Positions 9,418 through 19,119 of a stretch of DNA of 64,000 nt are shown one piece after another; within the stretch, counting starts at the first letter, position 1; every line of letters starts with the position of its first letter. The position numbers were made by a program, and so were the translations under genes. The notes beneath the pieces were generated by a model, which worked only from the letters and a program-made list of their open reading frames with translations, was not told the DNA's origin and did not search any database. The stretch covers positions 68,635 through 132,634 of the forward strand of contig JBAZXD010000002.1 in the NCBI GenBank assembly GCA_041660025.1, in the 5' to 3' direction. Source of the stretch: Minisyncoccota bacterium. GTDB taxonomy: Bacteria > Patescibacteriota > Minisyncoccia > Phycocordibacterales > Phycocordibacteraceae.

Positions 9418-10362
9418 ATGGAGTATTCTCCGGACTTTAAGAAAAATTTCGCAACCGCATACCTCGCGGAGGAATACGAACGCCTTCTGAAAGAGGCGGC
9501 GGACGCGCGCGCTTCGGCCGGGACCGACGCGGAACTTCTGCAGATGGCGGAAGAGGATGAAACTCGTGTGCGTATTCGACAGGCGGCCATCCTCGCCGAG
9601 ATAGAACAGATACTCGCCAAGGAGAAGGAGGAGGTTGCGAAGCCGATCTCGGTCGTGATGGAATTGCGAGCCGCCGCCGGCGGCGACGAGGCGTCTCTCT
9701 TCGCGCACGAGCTTAAAGATATGTATAGGACATATGCCGAGGGCCGCGGATGGAAGGCACGTTCTATCGACGACCTCACGCTCGAGATATCCGGCGCCGA
9801 TGCGTATGACGCACTACGTTACGAGACTGGCGTGCATCGGGTCCAGCGCGTCCCCTTGACCGAGAAATCGGGCCGCATCCACACCTCGACCGCCTCGGTC
9901 GCCGTACTGCCGATACGCCTGAAGCCGAAGTTTGAGATAAGTCCGGCCGATATCGAGATGGAATTCTCGAGAAGCGGCGGAGCAGGCGGGCAGAACGTGA
10001 ACAAGGTCGAAACGGCCGTGCGGCTCATCCATACGCCCACCGGCATCGATGTGCGCTCTTCGTCAGAACGCAGTCAGCTCGCCAACCGCGAGAAGGCCCT
10101 ACAGATCCTCTCGGCCAAGCTCGAGCAGATGCATGACGAGAAGGAGGCGCGGGAGCATGCCGCGGAGCGCAAGGAACAGATAGGCACGGGCGACCGCTCA
10201 GAGAAGATACGCACCTATAACTACCTTCAGGACCGCATTACCGACCACCGCATCAATGAGTCGTGGCACAATCTGCCGAAGAAGATGGCAGGCGATATCG
10301 GCGATATCGTCGAGGCGCTCCGCTTGCATAGCGGCCAAGATTCGGGTACAGTAGCGGGATAA
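9418..10362 (+). CDS. prfA: peptide chain release factor 1 (short form)
   Basis: '[25 protein letters not shown]' carries the RF1-type PxT motif, not the RF2 SPF motif. The GGQ motif is '[18 protein letters not shown]'. TGA is used as a stop elsewhere in the window, so there is no UGA recoding. Confidence 0.88.
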   Translation: MEYSPDFKKNFATAYLAEEYERLLKEAADARASAGTDAELLQMAEEDETRVRIRQAAILAEIEQILAKEKEEVAKPISVVMELRAAAGGDEASLFAHELKDMYRTYAEGRGWKARSIDDLTLEISGADAYDALRYETGVHRVQRVPLTEKSGRIHTSTASVAVLPIRLKPKFEISPADIEMEFSRSGGAGGQNVNKVETAVRLIHTPTGIDVRSSSERSQLANREKALQILSAKLEQMHDEKEAREHAAERKEQIGTGDRSEKIRTYNYLQDRITDHRINESWHNLPKKMAGDIGDIVEALRLHSGQDSGTVAG

Positions 10363-11060
10363 TGAATACGGGAACTGATACGGCAGAACTGAAGCGCCTC
10401 TTCGACACAGGGGCGCATTTCGCGCAGGTAAAGAGCCGCCGGCACCCCTCGATGAAGCCTTACCTGGTGGGTACCAAGGGGCGGCAGGAGATCATCGACC
10501 TCGTGAAGACGACCGAACAGCTCGAAGCGGCGAAGGCCGCGATGAGCGCGCTCGCGAAGGAAGGGAAGACAGTCCTCTTCGTTGGCGGGAAAGTCGAAAT
10601 TGCCGCGCTCGTCAAGTCGGCGGCGCAGGAGATCAGCGCGCCCTACGTAGCGGCGCGCTGGCTCGGCGGCACCATCTCCAACTGGAGCGAGATTAAGAAG
10701 CGGGTCGACCGCCTCGCAGAGCTTAAGGAAATGGCCGCTACCGGCGCGCTCGCCAAACAGCACACGAAGCTCGAACTCGTGAAGCTCGAACGCGAAAAGA
10801 AACGTCTCGAAGAGCGGCTCGACGGCATCACGACGCTCACAAAGCGTCCGGACGCGCTCCTCGTTGTCGACACCAAGCACGAGAAGCACGCGGTGAAGGA
10901 GGCGAACGATGCGGGCATCCCCATTCTCGCCATTATGAGTTCGGACTGCGATCTCCGCGACGCGGCGTACCCGATCGTCGCGAACGATACCTCGCGCGAG
11001 ACGGTCGGGCTTATCCTCTCTGAACTCGCAGGAGCTTTCCAGAAGGGGCAAACAGTGTAA
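10362..11060 (+). CDS. rpsB: 30S ribosomal protein S2
   Basis: 'HFAQVKSRRHPSMKPYLVGTKGRQEIIDLVKT...LFVGGKVEIAALV...LLVVDTKHEKHAVKEANDAGIPILAIMSSDCD' is present. The start overlaps the prfA stop by 1 nt. Confidence 0.9.
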   Translation: MNTGTDTAELKRLFDTGAHFAQVKSRRHPSMKPYLVGTKGRQEIIDLVKTTEQLEAAKAAMSALAKEGKTVLFVGGKVEIAALVKSAAQEISAPYVAARWLGGTISNWSEIKKRVDRLAELKEMAATGALAKQHTKLELVKLEREKKRLEERLDGITTLTKRPDALLVVDTKHEKHAVKEANDAGIPILAIMSSDCDLRDAAYPIVANDTSRETVGLILSELAGAFQKGQTV

Positions 11061-11172
11061 GCTTTGCGGACAAAGCTTTCTCCCTGCGCTCGTTCGGAAA
11101 AATGAAATAGGAATTTCTTTTCCGCTCACTCGCTTGGTAGTAAATTCCGCGTGTTATTATTTTTGAATCATT

Positions 11173-11754
11173 ATGGAAATCACGACCGATGTTATAAAAG
11201 AGTTGCGCGAGATGACGGGCGTATCCGTTATGCAGTGCAAGAAGGCGCTCGAGGAGGCGGGCGGCGACCTCGCAAAAGCCGCGGTCATCCTCAAGAAACA
11301 CTCGGCCGCCTCGGCCGAGAAGAAGGCAGAACGGACGCTCGCGGCCGGCGTCATCGGGAGCTACATCCACGATGGAAGCATCGGCGCGATGGTGGCGCTC
11401 TCGTGCGAGACCGATTTCGTCGCCAAGAATCCCGAATTCGGCGAGCTCGCGCGTTCGCTCGCGATGCAGGTCGCCGCGACGAACCCGGCGTATACAGCAT
11501 CTTCAGAGATTTCCGAGGACGCGAAGCAGGCGGCGACCGCCGTATTCCTGAAGGAAGTTGCCGATAAACCGAAAGAGATGCAGGCGAAGATACTCGAGGG
11601 GAAGCTCGCAAGCTACTTCCGCGACCAGGTGCTCCTCGAACAGCTATTCATCAAGGACGAGAATAAGACGGTGCGCAACCTCCTCGACGAAGCGACGCAG
11701 AAGTTCGGTGAACGCGTCGAGATAAGCCGCTTCACACGTCTTTCCGTCCGCTGA
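11173..11754 (+). CDS. tsf: elongation factor Ts (short form)
   Basis: 'ITTDVIKELREMTGVSVMQCKKALEEAGGDLAKAAVIL...AGVIGSYIHDGSIGAMVALSCETDFVAKN' matches EF-Ts; the rpsB-tsf order is conserved. Confidence 0.88.
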   Translation: MEITTDVIKELREMTGVSVMQCKKALEEAGGDLAKAAVILKKHSAASAEKKAERTLAAGVIGSYIHDGSIGAMVALSCETDFVAKNPEFGELARSLAMQVAATNPAYTASSEISEDAKQAATAVFLKEVADKPKEMQAKILEGKLASYFRDQVLLEQLFIKDENKTVRNLLDEATQKFGERVEISRFTRLSVR

Positions 11755-11759
11755 TCGCT

Positions 11760-12170
11760 ATGGGGAATCTCATCTTCCTTCTCATCACGCTCGCGCTCCT
11801 CGGCGGCTTCGTTGCGCTCACCGAGTACGAGGCGCGGCGCGGCGCGCGCGTATTCGCGCGCGAACGCGCACACCTCGACCGCAACGTCGAGCGCATTGAG
11901 TTTGTCCTCCGACACATTGATCTCGCTGCATTCCTACGGGACGAAGTGCGGCGCCTCGCCGGACGTGTCGGCCACGACATCGCGCATCTCTCGCTCCAAA
12001 CCGTGCGGAACGCTGAACGACTGCTCACGCGCCTCGTCCGGCACCTGCGTTCCCGGCACGAGGTCGAGAGCGCGCCGCGCGAGAGCACCCGGGCGTTCGT
12101 GAAGACACTCTCCGATTTCAAGGGTCGCCTGAAGGCGACGCATCCGGAGATTTCTGATATACAACACTAG
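11760..12170 (+). CDS. hypothetical protein with an N-terminal transmembrane anchor
   Basis: 136-aa ORF with N-terminal 'LIFLLITLALLGGFVAL' followed by an Arg-rich helical region. No family recognised. Confidence 0.45.
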   Translation: MGNLIFLLITLALLGGFVALTEYEARRGARVFARERAHLDRNVERIEFVLRHIDLAAFLRDEVRRLAGRVGHDIAHLSLQTVRNAERLLTRLVRHLRSRHEVESAPRESTRAFVKTLSDFKGRLKATHPEISDIQH

Positions 12171-12175
12171 GAGAG

Positions 12176-12249
12176 GCCGCCTTAGCTCAGTTGGCTAGAG
12201 CGCCACTTTTGTAAAGTGGATGTCCTCGGTTCGAATCCGAGAGGCGGCT
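12176..12249 (+). tRNA. tRNA-Thr (anticodon UGU)
   Basis: Cloverleaf read by eye: acceptor GCCGCCT/AGGCGGC, D-arm GCTCAGTTGGCTAGAGC, anticodon stem CCACT/AGTGG with loop TTTGTAA (anticodon TGT), T-arm CTCGG-TTCGAAT-CCGAG, discriminator T. CCA is not encoded. Confidence 0.85.
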
Positions 12250-12926
12250 CAAAGGTTAGTAGTCGTTTGAGAGGTCGTTGAGACCAGCGCGCCCTTGGGG
12301 AACTGTTTCTCGAGGTCCTCGAGCGTGGTGAAGCCGTAATACTGCTTGCCGTTGATGACGAATGCGGGGAAAGTGCTCTTCACCTTCGTAACGGCGATGA
12401 ACGTTTTCAGGGCGCCGAGGTCGAGATTGTAGTCGAACGAATACACGCGCAAGGTCGGATACGTGTCGCGCAGGTAGGAGAGCGCGTAGCCTGCCTTGTC
12501 GCAGTCGGCGCAATCGCCGGCATTGCTATAGAAATAGAGAACCGTCACCGGCTTCGTACCGCAGGCCTCCGCGAGCTTCTTTGTGATGAGATAGTCGCGT
12601 ATCTCGAGCAGGGAGTATTGCTCCTTCAGCCGTATCACTTGCGCCGTGTCGCTCCCGAGCTGATTCTCGGCGTAGGCAAGGCGATTGCCCATATCTGCGA
12701 GTTCGCCGGTCAGCGCGATAGAAGAGGCGGCGCTGTCGCAGGGCGCCGCCTCGAGCAGGGAGAACTGTGTGTCGAGCGACAGGATGTCGATGGAGAGCTG
12801 GTCCTCGATGGTCGAGAGTTCGTTGATGCGTACGCGGTTCAGGTAGCTGATGGCGTACGCGACCGTGCCCGCAAGCAGGACGGTGATACCGAGAGCTATG
12901 AGCGCGTTCCGGGCAACGAGTGACAT
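12249..12926 (-). CDS. membrane-anchored thioredoxin-fold protein (CxxC 'CADC')
   Basis: N-terminal TM helix 'ALIALGITVLLAGTVAYAI', a coiled linker, and a C-terminal domain 'VTVLYFYSNAGDCADCDKAGYALSYL...FPAFVINGKQYYG' typical of thioredoxin/DsbA-like folds. Its 3' end abuts the tRNA 3' end. Confidence 0.6.
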   Translation of the reverse strand: MSLVARNALIALGITVLLAGTVAYAISYLNRVRINELSTIEDQLSIDILSLDTQFSLLEAAPCDSAASSIALTGELADMGNRLAYAENQLGSDTAQVIRLKEQYSLLEIRDYLITKKLAEACGTKPVTVLYFYSNAGDCADCDKAGYALSYLRDTYPTLRVYSFDYNLDLGALKTFIAVTKVKSTFPAFVINGKQYYGFTTLEDLEKQFPKGALVSTTSQTTTNL

Positions 12927-12929
12927 ATA

Positions 12930-14168
12930 TCAATTCCGCCAATCGCGGCGTTTGCCGGTGGTGACATCAGCCGTGGCACGCAGAAGCCACAGCGGCACGA
13001 CAAGCCCGTAGAGCAGGGTGTAGGAAACGAGTCCGAACGTAATATCTCCCGGCGTCTTCGAGATGCGTTTCCCGATGAGAATGAGGGAGAGCGAGGCGAG
13101 GAGCGTTACCGCACCAAGAACGAGGTAGAAGTTAGCGGAGAAGAACAGCCACTCGAATGAGCCGTGCGGTACGAGCGCATAAGAAAGCGGAACGCCGGCG
13201 CGGACTTCGAAGGCGGCAAAGGCGTTCCGCGCAATCTCAAAGAGCATAAAAAAGAACAGCACCATACCGCTCCCGATAGCGAGAAGCGCGCTTGGGAGCA
13301 TAAGCATACCGAGTGCGCCGTGGCGGCGGTTCGCGATGAGTCCGCGGTATTCGCCGAAGATGTTCCGCAGGAAGCCGGACGTCCAGCGCGTGCGCTGCTT
13401 CAAGAGCTTCATGATGGTACTCGGCGCTTTCGTATAGACGCGCGCGCGCGGTGCGTTCTCGATACCGTACCCCGCCTGTTGGATGCGGAGCGCCATTTCC
13501 ATATCCTCAGTCTGGTGTCCGTAACGGAATCCGCCGAGCTTCTCAATGATGGCGCGCCGGTAGAACGAGAAGGGTCCCGGTGTGACGTAGAGGCCGTTTA
13601 TCGAGGCGATGGCGTGTCGGAATGTGATGCCGAAGATATATTCGGCATTTTGCATATGCTGGAGGATGTTCCCCGGCTTGTGGATCGACATCGCACCGGT
13701 CGCGGCCGCGACGTTCGGGTCCTCAAAGCACGGGAGGATCTCGAGGAGCGCGTCCGGCTCGACGAACGAGTCTGCATCAAGACAGGCGACAAACTCGGCA
13801 TTTGTCGCGGCGACGCCAGCATTTAGCGCGGTGTGTTTGCCGCCGTTCTCTTTGCGGATGATGCGCACTTGCGCTTCGCTCGCGAAACGCGCCATAGCGG
13901 CGGGCGTTGCATCGGTCGAGCCGTCATCGACGAGGATGATCTCGAGTTTCTCCTTCGGATAATCGAGCGCGAGTAGTGATTCGCACGTCGCGGCGACGGT
14001 CGCCGCTTCATTCCAGCAGGGGACGATAATGGCGACGGAAGGCGTCGCGGTACCGGGGGTTCGCGCGCGCGCCGCGCGCGCGGGCTTCGAGAGAAGCGTC
14101 ACAAGGACGAAAGACTCGAAGAATATCGCGATGAAGAGGAACGGATAGGCAAGCGCCTCCAGACTCAT
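12930..14168 (-). CDS. family-2 glycosyltransferase, processive/membrane-integrated type
   Basis: 'VAIIVPCWNEAATVAATCESL...LEIILVDDGSTD...FVACLDADSFVEPDAL' carries the GT-A DxD and 'QxxRW' ('LKQRTRWTSG') motifs, with multiple C-terminal TM helices. Start set at internal Met 'MSLEALAYPFLF'; the ORF-track start at 14261 is likely an upstream read-in. Confidence 0.75.
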   Translation of the reverse strand: MSLEALAYPFLFIAIFFESFVLVTLLSKPARAARARTPGTATPSVAIIVPCWNEAATVAATCESLLALDYPKEKLEIILVDDGSTDATPAAMARFASEAQVRIIRKENGGKHTALNAGVAATNAEFVACLDADSFVEPDALLEILPCFEDPNVAAATGAMSIHKPGNILQHMQNAEYIFGITFRHAIASINGLYVTPGPFSFYRRAIIEKLGGFRYGHQTEDMEMALRIQQAGYGIENAPRARVYTKAPSTIMKLLKQRTRWTSGFLRNIFGEYRGLIANRRHGALGMLMLPSALLAIGSGMVLFFFMLFEIARNAFAAFEVRAGVPLSYALVPHGSFEWLFFSANFYLVLGAVTLLASLSLILIGKRISKTPGDITFGLVSYTLLYGLVVPLWLLRATADVTTGKRRDWRN

Positions 14169-14199
14169 ATATAGCGCCACTGTAGCACAAAATCTCCCG

Positions 14200-15351
14200 C
14201 TAACGAATCGTCGCGCCGAAGTTCTTAACGGTGGCGGCTTCGAGCTTGGAGTGGAGGGCATTCACCTCGTCATTCGTAAGTGTCTTGTCGATGCTTCGGT
14301 AGGTGATTCGGTACGCGTAGCTGACCCTGCCGGCACCCAATTTTTCCTCATTCTCATACGTATCCACGAGCGTCATCTGTTCGGCCATATCACCGACCAC
14401 ATCGCGTACGAGGTCGAAATAATTGTTCGGGACGAAATCCTTGCCGACGACAAAGGAGATATCGCGCACGACCGGCGGATATTTACTGACCTCGACGAAC
14501 GCGTGTCCCAATCGGAGTTGTTTCTTTACGCGTTCATCCTCGCTCCAGAAAAGGCGGATATCGGGAACCTCGGTGCCGATTATCGCGAGCCGTTCGAGCC
14601 CGAAGCCGAATGCCCAGCCGTGGTATCCGACAACGCCCATCTTTTTGAGTACGCTCGCCTTCGGCATACCTCCACCGAGTATTTCGATCCACTCGCTCCC
14701 CGCTGCTTGTGCCGCCGCGCCCGAGACCCCGACCTCCACCTCAAGCGATGGGTCGGTGTACGGGAAGGTGTCGGGATTGAAACGGAATTTCGTATCTTCG
14801 CCGAAGACGCTTTTCACCACCTGCGAGAGCGCGCTCTTAAGGTCCTCGATATCGAGCGGCTCTGACTCTGGAGTAAGGAACCAGCCGCCCATCTGATGGA
14901 AGATGTTCATATGGCGACGGTCGATCTCATCCTTACGATAGACCTTGCCGTAGCAGAGCGCGCCCATCGATTCTCCGCGCAGGATACGCTCCTTGATCTC
15001 GGGCTGGTTGAGGTAGTAGTACCAAAAGACAGTGTCGTGCGTGCGCAGGATATTCTCGGTATCCACGTAGTACGTGTCTGAAGAAGAGCGCGCGGGGTGG
15101 TCGGCAGGGAAGTCGAAGAGGTCGAAGCTGATGCTTGCGGGCACGATTTCCGGTATCTCGATATCATCGAAGTCTTTGAAGACAGGGAGCGCTTTCACGC
15201 GCTCAACAATCTCACGGAGCGGGCTTCCGGGCGTGCGGGAGAGGTCCGGCATCGCCAGATACCGCTTCATACGCTCCGCGTCCACGTCGGTCCGTTGCTC
15301 CAGTTCGGCTCGGAGCAGCTCCTCCTCGGCCCTCGATATTCTGATATCCAT
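14200..15351 (-). CDS. pheS: phenylalanine--tRNA ligase, single-chain mitochondrial-like form (PheS catalytic core fused to a C-terminal FDX-ACB anticodon-binding domain)
   Basis: Class II motifs 'FPYTDPSLEVEV' and 'GWAFGFGLERLAIIG' are PheS alpha-subunit hallmarks. The C-terminal ~90 aa 'RDISFVVGKDFVPNNYFDLVRDVVGDMAEQMTLVDTYENEEKLGAGRVSYAYRITYRSIDKTLTNDEVNALHSKLEAATVKNFGATIR' matches the FDX-ACB domain of PheT C-termini and mitochondrial FARS2. The typical bacterial PheS N-terminal coiled coil is absent. Confidence 0.85.
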   Translation of the reverse strand: MDIRISRAEEELLRAELEQRTDVDAERMKRYLAMPDLSRTPGSPLREIVERVKALPVFKDFDDIEIPEIVPASISFDLFDFPADHPARSSSDTYYVDTENILRTHDTVFWYYYLNQPEIKERILRGESMGALCYGKVYRKDEIDRRHMNIFHQMGGWFLTPESEPLDIEDLKSALSQVVKSVFGEDTKFRFNPDTFPYTDPSLEVEVGVSGAAAQAAGSEWIEILGGGMPKASVLKKMGVVGYHGWAFGFGLERLAIIGTEVPDIRLFWSEDERVKKQLRLGHAFVEVSKYPPVVRDISFVVGKDFVPNNYFDLVRDVVGDMAEQMTLVDTYENEEKLGAGRVSYAYRITYRSIDKTLTNDEVNALHSKLEAATVKNFGATIR

Positions 15352-15400
15352 AGATATTTTAGAATATCACATTTTGTGCTAGAATATAGGCAACAAACGT

Positions 15401-17485
15401 ATGGCTAAAACGACCGACACAGAGCCTAAAAAGAAGGCGTACGACGCCTCGTCTATTACCGTCCTTGAGGGGCTCGAGCCGGTGCGGAAGCGACCGGGTA
15501 TGTATATCGGGACGACCGGTCCCGAGGGACTCCACCATCTCATCTGGGAAATATTCGACAATGCGCGCGACGAGGCGATGGGCGGATATGCGAACGACAT
15601 AGAGGTCGCGCTTCTCCCCGACGGCTATGTGCGCGTGGCGGACAACGGTCGCGGCATTCCGGTCGGCATCCACCCGAAGACGAAAGTCTCCGCGCTCGAG
15701 ACCATTATGACCACGCTTCACGCCGGCGGTAAGTTCGGCGGAGAAGAGTCGGGCTACAAGGTCTCGGGCGGCCTTCACGGCGTCGGTGCGTCAGTGGTGA
15801 ACGCGCTTTCGGTGCACACCTCGGTCATCGTGCACAAGGAGGGCGGCATACACCTGCAGGAATATAAGATCGGGAAACCGCTCGCGAAGGTGAAGAAAGT
15901 CGGCACGACGAAGCTCGTCGGTACCATCGTGAAGTTCAAGCCGGATGCGGAGATATTCAAAGAGGGTGTCGAGTGGGATTGGGAAAAGATCGTCGCGCAC
16001 CTGCGCCAGCAAGCCTACTTGGTGAAAGGGGTTCGCATCAGTGTCATCGACGCGCGCGCTTGCGCGCGTGTCGCCGATGAAGACTGTTTCTATCTGCGCG
16101 AATTGAAGGGATTCGCAGCACCATCGCTCACCTTCTACTTCGAGGGTGGGCTGAAGTCGCTCGTCGCTTTCCATAACAAGCATCAGACGCCGGTGCACAA
16201 GAACATCTTTTATATCGACCGCGAACACGAGAATGTCGCGGTTGAAGTCGCGCTCCAGTATGTCGACGACCTCACGCCGCGGATCACCGCGTTCGCGAAC
16301 AACACCTACAACAGCGAGGGCGGCACGCACATTACCGGCTTCAAGACGGCGCTCACGCGCTCGCTCAACACGTATGGGCGGAACGCGAACATTCTCAAGG
16401 AGAAGGATGAAAACTTCACTGGCGACGATGTGCTCGAGGGTATCACGGCGGTGGTCTCAGTGAAGCTTCCCGAGATCCAGTTCGAGGGACAGACGAAGGC
16501 GAAGCTCGGCTCGGTCGAGGCGCAGGGCGCGGTCGCTACGGTCTTCGGCGAGGCGCTCGGCTCCTTCCTCGAAGAGAATCCGGATGACGCGCGCGCCATC
16601 ATCAACAAAGTCCTTCTCGCGCTCAAGGCGCGTAAGGCGGCGAAAGCGGCGAAGGACTCGGTCCTGCGCAAGGGCGCGCTCGAGGGTATGACGCTCCCGG
16701 GTAAGCTCGCGGACTGCCAGACCAAGAGTGCAGAAGAGGGCGAGCTGTTCATCGTCGAGGGGGATTCGGCCGGCGGCTCGAGCAAGCAGGGTAGGGACCG
16801 CCGCACGCAAGCCATCCTCCCTTTGCGCGGCAAGATCCTCAACGTTGAACGCGCGCGCATTGACCGTATGCTCGCGTCGGTTGAGATTCGCGCGCTCGTT
16901 ATCGCGATGGGCACCGCCATCGGGGACGTCTTTGATATATCGAAACTCCGTTATCATAAAATAATCATCGCGACCGATGCTGACGTCGACGGTGCGCACA
17001 TTCGCACACTTCTCCTCACGCTCCTCTATCGCCACTTCCGGCCGATTATTGAAGGCGGCTTCGTCTATATTGCCCAACCGCCGCTCTATAAAATCACGAA
17101 AGGGAAGTCAATCGCGTATGCGTATTCGGATAAAGAAAAAGAAGTCGTACTGAAAGAGTTCGGCGTTGCCCCTTCGGAGGTCTCTGAGAATCCTCTGGAA
17201 GGCGATGAGGAAACCGTCGGAGAAGAAGCGGAAGCGGAAGCGGAAATCGCGAGCGCGAAGAAGCCAGCGAAGGTGAATATCCAGCGCTACAAAGGTCTCG
17301 GAGAAATGAACCCGAGCGAGCTTTGGGAGACGACGATGGACCCCGCGCGGCGCGTGTTGAAGCGAGTGAACGTCGGGGATGCTGAAGCGGCTGATCGCAT
17401 CTTCGATATCCTTATGGGCACTGACGTCGCTTCGCGCAAGTCGTTCATCCAGTCGAACGCGAAACTCGCGAATCTGGACGTCTAA
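15401..17485 (+). CDS. gyrB: DNA gyrase subunit B
   Basis: GHKL ATPase 'HHLIWEIFDNARDEAMGG...DNGRGIPV...GLHGVGASVVNALS'. Toprim 'ELFIVEGDSAGGSSKQGRDRRTQAILPLRGKILN'. C-terminal 'KGLGEMNPSELWETTMDP'. Confidence 0.92.
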   Translation: MAKTTDTEPKKKAYDASSITVLEGLEPVRKRPGMYIGTTGPEGLHHLIWEIFDNARDEAMGGYANDIEVALLPDGYVRVADNGRGIPVGIHPKTKVSALETIMTTLHAGGKFGGEESGYKVSGGLHGVGASVVNALSVHTSVIVHKEGGIHLQEYKIGKPLAKVKKVGTTKLVGTIVKFKPDAEIFKEGVEWDWEKIVAHLRQQAYLVKGVRISVIDARACARVADEDCFYLRELKGFAAPSLTFYFEGGLKSLVAFHNKHQTPVHKNIFYIDREHENVAVEVALQYVDDLTPRITAFANNTYNSEGGTHITGFKTALTRSLNTYGRNANILKEKDENFTGDDVLEGITAVVSVKLPEIQFEGQTKAKLGSVEAQGAVATVFGEALGSFLEENPDDARAIINKVLLALKARKAAKAAKDSVLRKGALEGMTLPGKLADCQTKSAEEGELFIVEGDSAGGSSKQGRDRRTQAILPLRGKILNVERARIDRMLASVEIRALVIAMGTAIGDVFDISKLRYHKIIIATDADVDGAHIRTLLLTLLYRHFRPIIEGGFVYIAQPPLYKITKGKSIAYAYSDKEKEVVLKEFGVAPSEVSENPLEGDEETVGEEAEAEAEIASAKKPAKVNIQRYKGLGEMNPSELWETTMDPARRVLKRVNVGDAEAADRIFDILMGTDVASRKSFIQSNAKLANLDV

Positions 17486-18255
17486 GATCCGAGAACCGTT
17501 ACCTTCGCGGAAGCACTGTTGTTGTCCGTACTCGATTCTGCGACCGTGCGGTCGAAGTTCGCGGTAATCGAGATCATCTGATCGACCCCTTTGTTCGATT
17601 GGTCGAAGCCGAGCGTGTAGTCGATACTGTCGCCTGGGCCGAGCGTTTGCTGGGTCTGGGATTGGTAGAGATACGCGGTTTGCGTCGGGATGGATGCGCT
17701 CCAGCGCCACGGACCGCTTACGTTCGTACCGATATTTTTAATAGTGAATTTGACTGCGGGGCGGCTGTCGGCAGGGACCGTCGAAGTTGCGACAAATGAT
17801 TCTGCTGAATTCGAGGCGAGGTAGCCGACTGCATTGATGGTCACGACGAAGTCGGGAAGGCCTGAGAGCACACCGGTCGCAAGGGCGCCACCGATCTGAT
17901 ACGTGCCGCCCGTCTTTTTTCCCGCCGTAGGAGCGGTTTTCGTCTCGGCTGGAGCGGTCGGTGAGGTCGTACTTACCTCTGTCGAAGAACCCTCTTCGCC
18001 GAAGGGGATTGTCGTCGATGCGACGGGCGTCGGGACAACCGAGAGGGTAGGCTCGTCCGCCGGAGTGAAGACCGAGCCGAGGTAGACGGCGGCACTGCCG
18101 ATACGACCGGCGACGTCCGGGACATAGCGTGTCGAATAGACCGCGAGCCACATACTCGCGCCGATAAGCGCAACGAATCCAACCACGGCGAGCGTGTTTA
18201 TGAAGAGGTGGCGATTTGAGGCAAGAGACTGCGATTCGTTCATAGATAAATACAT
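17482..18255 (-). CDS. membrane-anchored surface protein with a Ser/Thr/Pro-rich linker and a CARDB-like beta-sandwich domain (hypothetical)
   Basis: N-terminal TM 'LAVVGFVALIGASMWLAVY', linker 'PTLSVVPTPVASTTIPFGEEGSSTEVSTTSPTAPAETKTAPTAG', and C-terminal 'VKFTIKNIGTNVSGPWRWSASIPTQ...ANFDRTVAESSTDNNSASAKVTVLG' resembling CARDB domains. Divergent from the sortase gene. Confidence 0.55.
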   Translation of the reverse strand: MYLSMNESQSLASNRHLFINTLAVVGFVALIGASMWLAVYSTRYVPDVAGRIGSAAVYLGSVFTPADEPTLSVVPTPVASTTIPFGEEGSSTEVSTTSPTAPAETKTAPTAGKKTGGTYQIGGALATGVLSGLPDFVVTINAVGYLASNSAESFVATSTVPADSRPAVKFTIKNIGTNVSGPWRWSASIPTQTAYLYQSQTQQTLGPGDSIDYTLGFDQSNKGVDQMISITANFDRTVAESSTDNNSASAKVTVLGS

Positions 18256-18345
18256 ACCATACTGTACTTTCTATGTCAAGTGTCTGGCGGCGACACCACG
18301 TCTTGACAAGGATGCTACAATGGCGTATTAATGGATTAAGACTAT

Positions 18346-19017
18346 ATGGGGAAAATCATCAACTTCATCGTCCGACTCATCCGGGTCGGCAAGCAGGCGT
18401 ATACGAGGAAGTGGAGCTTCTTCGGCATTTTCGTCATAGCATTCCTCGGCAGTGTGAATATGCTCGCCACACTCGATCTGTTGCCGCAGGTTCCGCTCAC
18501 CGCCGTACTGGCGGCGACGAATCCGACCGTTCCTCAACACGCGCGCGGACAGGAACCGGTCGCGATCGTCGAGCTACCGACGAGCATTGAGATCAAGACC
18601 ATCGATCTCCTCGCGACCATTGAGAATCCGACGGCGACCGATGCCGCACTACTCGACCAGGGGCTGTTGCGCGGTGCGGTGCGTTACCCGACGTCGGCCA
18701 AGCTTGGCGAGACGGGCAATGTCGTCCTTTTCGGCCACTCGAGCTATCTGCCGGTCGTGGGCAACCAAGCGTACAAGACATTCAACGGCATTCAGAAGCT
18801 CGCGGCAGGAGAAGTCATTACCGTATATTCCCTTGATACGGCATATACGTATCGGGTACGGACCGTCGCGAAAGAGAGCGCGGATAATAATACGGCGATC
18901 CCGCTCTCTGTTTCCGGGAAGGCGCTTACGCTCGTGACCTGCAATTCTTTCGCCACGAAGGCAGACCGTTTCGTCGTTACCGCGGACTTTGTTGAAAGTC
19001 GTTCGATTTCCGGCTAA
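18346..19017 (+). CDS. sortase-family transpeptidase
   Basis: N-terminal TM anchor, catalytic His in 'GNVVLFGHSSY', Cys in 'ALTLVTCNSF' (sortase TLxTC motif) and a downstream Arg 'ADRFVVTADF'. Confidence 0.78.
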   Translation: MGKIINFIVRLIRVGKQAYTRKWSFFGIFVIAFLGSVNMLATLDLLPQVPLTAVLAATNPTVPQHARGQEPVAIVELPTSIEIKTIDLLATIENPTATDAALLDQGLLRGAVRYPTSAKLGETGNVVLFGHSSYLPVVGNQAYKTFNGIQKLAAGEVITVYSLDTAYTYRVRTVAKESADNNTAIPLSVSGKALTLVTCNSFATKADRFVVTADFVESRSISG

Positions 19018-19035
19018 CGCCGGAAATCGAACGAC
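18998..19035 (+). terminator. perfect 17-bp hairpin that spans the sortase stop codon (terminator- or attenuator-like)
   Basis: GTCGTTCGATTTCCGGC-TAAC-GCCGGAAATCGAACGAC. The TAA stop of the sortase gene lies in the loop, and no clean U-tract follows. Confidence 0.45.
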
Positions 19036-19119
19036 TCTCCGCAAGGAGAGCAGGAACGTTGTTCTTTCTACTCAATCCGATTAACGCCGCAGTAGCGGCA
19101 CAGCAAAAAGGAGATATCG

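Noticed and set aside
9418-10362. Stop-codon reassignment (UGA recoding), given the single short RF1 and no RF2 in the window
   Set aside because: TGA clearly terminates several well-supported genes (gap at 1601..1603, nusB-nudix at 28603..28605, rnr). RF2 is presumably encoded elsewhere.
12176-14261. Genomic island integrated at tRNA-Thr (thioredoxin-fold protein + GT2)
   Set aside because: No direct repeat of the tRNA 3' end is visible downstream near 14170..14260, and no integrase gene is present. GC is similar to the core genes.
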